Shown piece by piece: positions 62,228 through 64,000 of a DNA stretch of 64,000 nucleotides. A program made the position numbers and the translations under genes. Positions within the stretch are counted from its first letter, which is position 1, and each line of letters begins with the position of its first letter. The notes under the pieces were generated by a model. It made no database searches, was not told the origin of the DNA, and worked only from the letters and a program-made list of their open reading frames with translations. This DNA is from an uncultured Chloroflexia bacterium. GTDB lineage: Bacteria > Chloroflexota > Dehalococcoidia > DSTF01 > JALHUB01. The DNA is taken from contig OY969814.1 in the NCBI GenBank assembly GCA_963703345.1, forward strand, positions 448,001 through 512,000, given 5' to 3'.

Positions 62228-63045
62228 CGAACCTGGCCGCCGTCCTCGAGGAAGTCCGTGATCGTGGCCGCGAGCTCGTCCCGGTGGAGGTTGTAGTAGA
62301 AAGAGTCGGGCGCGACGACGAGCCGGGAGTTCGGGATCGTGTCGCGCAGCCGCTCGGCGGAGGCGACGGGATGGAGCTCGTCGTCGGGATGAGCGATAAG
62401 CAGCGACTCCGCCTGTATGCGCGAAAAGTCTTCCTCATCCAGCGCCGGCCCGCAGACGATGCCGCGGATCGCCGGCACCACGGCCTGCTGGTTCAGCGAT
62501 AGCAGCCACTGTCGCATGAACGAGAACATAACCGGCGCTGTCTTTTTGAGGTTGGCCCAGGGCGAGAGTTTGAGCACCGTCTCGACGGCTTTCTTCAGCC
62601 CCAGCCCTTCAATCAAGAGCGCCAGACCGCCGAACAGCGCCGCGCCCGGAGCGGACTGTTGCTGGCCGACCGGCGGCGGCGATTGCAGCACGATCTTGTT
62701 CACCATCTCCGGATGCCTGAGCGCGAAGACGAGCGCCGTGCCGCCGCCCATCGAACTGCCGCCGAGATGGGCCTGCTTAATGCCGAGATGATTGAATAGC
62801 CCCAGGAGGTCCGCCGCCAGCGATTCCCACTGATAGTCTAGGACGTCGGTGGTGAAGCCGGACTCGCCGTGACCGCGCGCATCGTAGGTCACGACGCTGA
62901 AGTGCTGGAACAGCGCGATCGGCACCTCGCCCAGGAGGTCCGCCATGATCATGCTGCTGAGGAGGCCGTGCGCTATGACCAGGGGCGGCCCGTTGCCTCG
63001 CACCTGGTAGTGCATCCGGAAGCCGTTCACGTTGGTGAAGGGCAT
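62224..63045 (-). CDS. Alpha/beta hydrolase
   Basis: HG, YDARGHGES and GSSMGG motifs. Confidence 0.88.
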   Translation of the reverse strand: MPFTNVNGFRMHYQVRGNGPPLVIAHGLLSSMIMADLLGEVPIALFQHFSVVTYDARGHGESGFTTDVLDYQWESLAADLLGLFNHLGIKQAHLGGSSMGGGTALVFALRHPEMVNKIVLQSPPPVGQQQSAPGAALFGGLALLIEGLGLKKAVETVLKLSPWANLKKTAPVMFSFMRQWLLSLNQQAVVPAIRGIVCGPALDEEDFSRIQAESLLIAHPDDELHPVASAERLRDTIPNSRLVVAPDSFYYNLHRDELAATITDFLEDGGQVR

Positions 63046-63055
63046 TCGCGGGCCT

Positions 63056-63820
63056 CTAGAGGTGCGAGAGCAAACCGCCGTCTACGAAGAGGGTCCGCCC
63101 TGTCAGATAGGCGGCGGAATCGGAGGCGACGTAGACTGCGAGAGGAGCGACCTCGTCCGCGCGGCCGGGTCGGCGCATGGGAATGTAGCGCAGGAGGCGA
63201 TTCGCCTGCGGGTCGGGATCGCCCAGGCCCGGCGTGTCCTCCAGCCAGGCCGGAGCGATGACGTTGACCGTTACGCCGGTCGCGGCCCACTCCTGAGCCA
63301 GCGCGCGCGTGAGGTTGAAGACACCGCCCTTGACGGCGCAGTACGCGGAGCAGTTCGGCAGGCCTCTCTCGCCGAGGCCGGAAGCGACGTTGATGATCCG
63401 TCCGTAGCCCTGCTTAGCCATCCGAGGGCCGACGGCGCGGCAGGCGAAAAAGACGCTGCTCAAATTGACTGCGAAGACTTTCTCCCACTCGGCATCAGAG
63501 ATAGCCTCCGCCGGCTTGGCGAGGAAAAGATCGGGGCAGGTCACGAGAATGTCCAGGCGTCCCATGCGCTGGATGGCCTCGTCAACTGCTTCGTTCACTT
63601 GTGCTGCCGACGTCGCGTCTATCGAGCGTGATGCCGAGGGCCCAAGCAGGCGAGCAGTCTCTTCCGCAGCGCCGGTGTCCGCTGCGTCCTTCCGAGTCGA
63701 CGTAACAGCGACTTCCGCGCCCGCCTCTTTCAGCGCCAGGGCGATGGCGCGTCCAACGCTGGACCCCGCACCGATGAGCAGCGCTTTCTTCCCGCTTAGA
63801 TCGAATCCTTCAAACGGCAT
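63056..63820 (-). CDS. Short-chain dehydrogenase/reductase
   Basis: GAGSSVG, INVAS, YCAVK and VDGG motifs. Confidence 0.9.
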   Translation of the reverse strand: MPFEGFDLSGKKALLIGAGSSVGRAIALALKEAGAEVAVTSTRKDAADTGAAEETARLLGPSASRSIDATSAAQVNEAVDEAIQRMGRLDILVTCPDLFLAKPAEAISDAEWEKVFAVNLSSVFFACRAVGPRMAKQGYGRIINVASGLGERGLPNCSAYCAVKGGVFNLTRALAQEWAATGVTVNVIAPAWLEDTPGLGDPDPQANRLLRYIPMRRPGRADEVAPLAVYVASDSAAYLTGRTLFVDGGLLSHL

Positions 63821-63961
63821 GGTTCTCCTCCAAGCGTGCTGCGCGCCATGATAACATAGGGCCTCTGTTCAGGGCGAATAGCCCGAAGGACGGCGAGCGC
63901 GATGCTCCGGCCGTGGTCGGGAGAGGTTCAATCTCTTCTGAGCTGCTCAGCGGCGAGGCCG

Positions 63962-64000
63962 CTAGACTTCGCGGTACTCGCCTTCGACGGTGCCTTCCTC
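63962..64000 (-). CDS. dnaK: Probable 3' end of chaperone DnaK (partial)
   Basis: Translates to EEGTVEGEYREV*, resembling DnaK C-termini. Only 12 residues are visible. Confidence 0.55.
   Translation of the reverse strand, partial: EEGTVEGEYREV

Overview
High-GC bacterial chromosomal window, most likely Chloroflexota (Dehalococcoidia-like). That placement is an inference from gene content and from the GroEL and DnaK tails. In order: (1) a ~15 kb surface-glycan locus with GT4/GT2 transferases, a frameshifted flippase, a PglC/PglE/PglF-like trio and a full WbpI/D/E/B/A-like di-N-acetyl-uronic acid set; (2) a small Cys4 protein, an OmpR/histidine-kinase pair and two tandem acyl-CoA ligases; (3) a secreted DUF11 protein with a sortase-like tail; (4) glyA, PSP1, holB, lysA and two GAF-GGDEF cyclases; (5) an M16 peptidase, groESL with a perfect CIRCE, an HTH-DUF2851 operon, tsaD and a pseudo-PP2C receptor-like gene; (6) a speD-like/deoxyhypusine-synthase-like/agmatinase polyamine operon; (7) the rpmH-rnpA-yidD-[propeller lipoprotein]-yidC-jag-pfkB-parAB cluster with a perfect parS; (8) TPR-SLT, alr, FadF-like/ETF genes, two miniaturised class III CoA-transferases and the probable 3' end of dnaK. 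No rRNA, tRNA, CRISPR array or transposase was seen. The most notable signals are a 20-bp palindromic micro-insertion present three times, each with a reconstructable empty site; a REP-like GAGGG-N6-CCCTC hairpin family; and a speE-less polyamine operon that suggests a repurposed SpeD feeding homospermidine synthesis. All calls are by eye and no database searches were run.
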